Positions 60,744 to 64,000 of a stretch of 64,000 bases of DNA are shown here, in pieces. Position 1 is the stretch's first letter. Every line of letters starts with the position of its first letter. Source of the DNA: Nitrosopumilus sp. (lineage in GTDB: Archaea; Thermoproteota; Nitrososphaeria; Nitrososphaerales; Nitrosopumilaceae); NCBI GenBank assembly GCA_963667665.2, contig OY763927.2, positions 672,001 through 736,000 of the forward strand. Direction: 5' to 3'. The notes under the pieces were generated by a model. The model did not search any database and was not told the DNA's origin. It saw only the letters and a list, made by a program, of their open reading frames with translations. The position numbers were made by a program, and so were the translations under genes.

Positions 60744-61181
60744 CTATGCTTCCATAGTTTCTTTGAGTAGATTTTTTCTAACAAGAATTGGAATTGCATA
60801 ATATGATGCAAGCGTCATAGCATCAGACGCACGATAATTTTTTAACACAAGGTCTTTTTTGCCTGTAAAGTACAGATTTGCACGTAACACTTCACCACTT
60901 TCATAAATTTTCACTTTGACTAGTATCAATTCATTTTGCTCACAAATCTCTTCAATCATCTTGTAAATTGATGGTGCAGGCTCCCCTTCATCTTCACCAA
61001 AACTTGAGATGTGTCTTACAACTTCGCCAGAAAATGCCCGCATGTGAAATTCTTTTCCATTATCTGCTTTTAGAATAACCATACCTTCAACGGCATATGG
61101 ATCTACAAATCCAGCATAATCAATTTTGACTGATTCATAATCAGGCTCTTGCGCTTGATCAATATCCATCGTGTTACGCAT
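60744..61181 (-). CDS. Bifunctional nuclease family protein (DUF151)
   Basis: RASDA motif, IPILV. Confidence 0.8.
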   Translation of the reverse strand: MRNTMDIDQAQEPDYESVKIDYAGFVDPYAVEGMVILKADNGKEFHMRAFSGEVVRHISSFGEDEGEPAPSIYKMIEEICEQNELILVKVKIYESGEVLRANLYFTGKKDLVLKNYRASDAMTLASYYAIPILVRKNLLKETMEA

Positions 61182-61310
61182 AAACTTCAGGTTCAGTGCT
61201 TATAAAGTTAGCAAAAATTTTGAGATCAAATTATGAAATGATCGAAAGGTAAATTATTTTTTAACAAACAAGACTATTGCGTAACCCCAAATTATTTAAA
61301 ATCCCTAACT

Positions 61311-63137
61311 ATGGGTAGCATGATGTCAACAAACCCAGAACGTGCTATTTCATATGTTTTAGGAAAATATGTCACGCAGTATATGAATAAGGACGTACTA
61401 ATTCTTAGCCCACATACACAAACGAGAGAAGCTGCAAGAATGTTACGTCGTTATGAAACAGATGACATTATTGTTATTGATAAAAATGGTGTTCCAAGAG
61501 GAATTGTTACTGATGAAGACATTCTAAGTAAAGTTAGTGATGTCGCAGTTTATGCAGAAGCCACAACACTAAAGGAGGTTATGAGCACCCCACTTATCAC
61601 TATTAATGAAAAGGCAACGTTACAAGATGCCTTACATAAAATGAGAGATAATGATATCAGAAAACTCCCGGTACTAACAAAGAAAAACAAAGTAGTTGGC
61701 ATTATTTATCAGACAACCATTGCAAATGTAATTCGAAACGCCACTGCAACTACACCTCGCCTTTTGAGTCCTCCCGTAAAAGCAATTCTAGGGAATCTAG
61801 GTTTTGTATTACAGTTTGCAGGAGTTTTGTTGCTTGTACCAGCTCTTGTTGCAACAGTTTTAGAAGATGCAGTGATTGCTACGGGAATTTACCTGACTAC
61901 AGTTCTTTTGCTAATTACAGGATTCTTTCTAAACTCTTATGGTGAAAAATCAAGCCTCAATCTACAACAAGCATCAATCCTAGTCTTTGCGAGTTTATTT
62001 TTACTGTCACTGTTTGGAACTATTCCGTATCTATACGTATTTCCCAGTGATGAAAATAGTGCCGAAGTCTTTGCAAATGCATTCTTTTCAAGCGCTGCAG
62101 GATTTACTACTGGTGGAATATCCCTATTTGATGAACCAGAAAAACTTTCTCAGAGTTTCACATTCTTTCGAAGTTACACTCAGCTTGTAGGAGGGATGAG
62201 TTTCATTTATTTGGTGATTACAGCATTTTATCCAGAGTCAAAACTACAATCCATGCGTGGTTTCATATCAGGAAGAACACTTCACATGAAGGAACTTTTC
62301 TTAACCATCACAATAATTTTTTCGATTTACATTGTAATTGTTGCAACACTATTGTATTTCTTAGGTGAAAGAGACATACTGGATAATTTCTCATTGGCGA
62401 TGAGTACATTATCAACTGGAGGATTCATCCCTACATCAACAATTCTTGAGGATTTACTTTGGCAGGAACATATTGTATTGATGGGTGCAATGATACTTGG
62501 AGCATTACCATTTACATTTCACTATGCATTTGTTAGAAAAAAATTCCTTTCACCAAAACTTGGAAAGGAAGTTCTGACATACTTTGCAATTTTAGGTGGT
62601 GCATCTGCTTTGTTTGTTGCAGTTAGTGGTCTTGAGCCATTGGAAAGTGTATTTTATTCTGTATCAGCTAGTACTACTGCAGGACTTCAACAAGAAAGTT
62701 TAGCAGGACTTAGTGGAGGAGCTCACACAATTTTGATAATTTTGATGTTTGTTGGTGGATGTGGATTCTCAACTGCAGGGGGTTTGAAAGTATTTAGACT
62801 ATTCCACTTGAAAGATGTTAGATCTCTTTTGAGTAAAGTAAAAAGAGCTGAACTACCAACTCAAGCAAAGAAAGAAGTTATTTCTACGATTATTATTCTT
62901 GCATTATTTCCTACAATTGCAGCAATTACAGGATTACATCTGGCAAACATTGAGGATGTACCATATCAAGATGCATTCTTTGAAGCAGTTGGAGTCATTA
63001 CAACGGGAGGACTCACTGCAGGAGTTATTGATACAGATACGGATGCCGCAACAAAGATTGTTTTAGGATTTTTGATGATATTTGGTAGATTAGAAATAAT
63101 TGCGATTATCTACATTTTTGTTCCTAGACTTAGCTAG
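61311..63137 (+). CDS. CBS-domain TrkH-type potassium uptake protein
   Basis: N-terminal CBS pair; pore motifs GFTTGG, LSTGGF, TTAG, GGCGFSTAGGLK, MIFGRLE. Confidence 0.88.
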   Translation: MGSMMSTNPERAISYVLGKYVTQYMNKDVLILSPHTQTREAARMLRRYETDDIIVIDKNGVPRGIVTDEDILSKVSDVAVYAEATTLKEVMSTPLITINEKATLQDALHKMRDNDIRKLPVLTKKNKVVGIIYQTTIANVIRNATATTPRLLSPPVKAILGNLGFVLQFAGVLLLVPALVATVLEDAVIATGIYLTTVLLLITGFFLNSYGEKSSLNLQQASILVFASLFLLSLFGTIPYLYVFPSDENSAEVFANAFFSSAAGFTTGGISLFDEPEKLSQSFTFFRSYTQLVGGMSFIYLVITAFYPESKLQSMRGFISGRTLHMKELFLTITIIFSIYIVIVATLLYFLGERDILDNFSLAMSTLSTGGFIPTSTILEDLLWQEHIVLMGAMILGALPFTFHYAFVRKKFLSPKLGKEVLTYFAILGGASALFVAVSGLEPLESVFYSVSASTTAGLQQESLAGLSGGAHTILIILMFVGGCGFSTAGGLKVFRLFHLKDVRSLLSKVKRAELPTQAKKEVISTIIILALFPTIAAITGLHLANIEDVPYQDAFFEAVGVITTGGLTAGVIDTDTDAATKIVLGFLMIFGRLEIIAIIYIFVPRLS

Positions 63138-63173
63138 GATACGATTTAATTTCATAGAAAAAAGTTCTAAATC

Positions 63174-64000
63174 ATGAAAAAACAATCAGAAAAAAATACA
63201 AGCAGTGGAAAGAGACTGATTGTTTTTGGATTTAGCATAATTGTAATATTATTTTTGCTTTATCATAGGTATCAAGATCCAGAGCTTCTTACACCTAGTG
63301 CAATTGATTCAATACAAAGAATAGCCTATGGATTTTACATAACATTGGTTGCAGCATTTGGTGCTATGGGTCTTGGTATGTATAGATACCACAAGGAAAA
63401 AGTTGAAAGCAAAGGAAGTGATCTATCAACTATAATTGCATTAACTACATGGAATTCAAAGTCACGTAAAATCTTTGTTGTTATATTTATCGGATATGGA
63501 ATATTCTTTTCACTAATATCAGGTACACTAATGTATCAACCCGATGTAAACTTTGCAATTCATTATGGAGCAACTATTCCATCTGGTTTTATTGCACCAT
63601 GTTGTGATAGTCCAGGATACATGCCAAAGATAATTGTATACCTTACAGAGCATGTAGGTTTACAGATAATTCCAATAAATTTAGTGTTGCAAATAGTTGT
63701 ATCATATCTAGTTGGATTAAATGCATCAATTGCAATTAATGCATATACAATTTCAAAGAATGGTAGAGGAATGAGTACAATAGGAGCAGCAACAGGACTA
63801 TTCATCGCATGCCCAACATGTGCTGGAACATTTCTGTCAATTTTCATTGGTACAGCAAGTGGGATTGCATTATCAATTGCATTATCACAATTACAGACGT
63901 TATTTATTGCAATTTCAATTCCTGTGTTAATTATTACACCATATGTAATGGCAAAAAAATTACGAAATACTGATGGTAGTTGTAAAATAGATCCTACAAA
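63174..64000 (+). CDS. Conserved multi-TM membrane protein (3' partial)
   Basis: ATG 63174, open to the window end; APCC and ACPTCAG motifs. Confidence 0.7.
   Translation, partial: MKKQSEKNTSSGKRLIVFGFSIIVILFLLYHRYQDPELLTPSAIDSIQRIAYGFYITLVAAFGAMGLGMYRYHKEKVESKGSDLSTIIALTTWNSKSRKIFVVIFIGYGIFFSLISGTLMYQPDVNFAIHYGATIPSGFIAPCCDSPGYMPKIIVYLTEHVGLQIIPINLVLQIVVSYLVGLNASIAINAYTISKNGRGMSTIGAATGLFIACPTCAGTFLSIFIGTASGIALSIALSQLQTLFIAISIPVLIITPYVMAKKLRNTDGSCKIDPT

Overview
AT-rich archaeal chromosome segment, by gene content and protein sequence a Nitrosopumilus-like ammonia-oxidising archaeon (Nitrososphaerota/Thaumarchaeota). Core content: HMG-CoA synthase, bioDABF, ccdA/thioredoxin, an ESCRT-III (CdvB) paralog, proteasome alpha subunit, the L3-to-L6 ribosomal protein operon, tRNA-Asn, purC, purF-L-Q-S, tatC/tatA, ubiX, purP and a CBS-TrkH transporter. 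Accessory DNA lies at about 0-5.6 kb (decaying glycosyltransferase/deacetylase locus), 28-31 kb (after tRNA-Asn) and 35.3-49.65 kb. The strongest signal is a 7.2 kb composite transposon (42425-49651): two inverted, defective IS5-family (ISH1-like) elements, one 8-bp target duplication TATTTTAC around the whole unit, and a cargo that includes a chimeric S-layer gene with about 39 tandem TPES repeats. Next to it are an HNH + GIY-YIG + DinG/XPD helicase cassette that seems to split a secreted-protein gene, and a wHTH/PIN toxin-antitoxin-like pair. Ribosomal proteins S3 and L24 carry long perfect tandem-repeat tails. All family calls come from motif recognition by eye; no database search was run.
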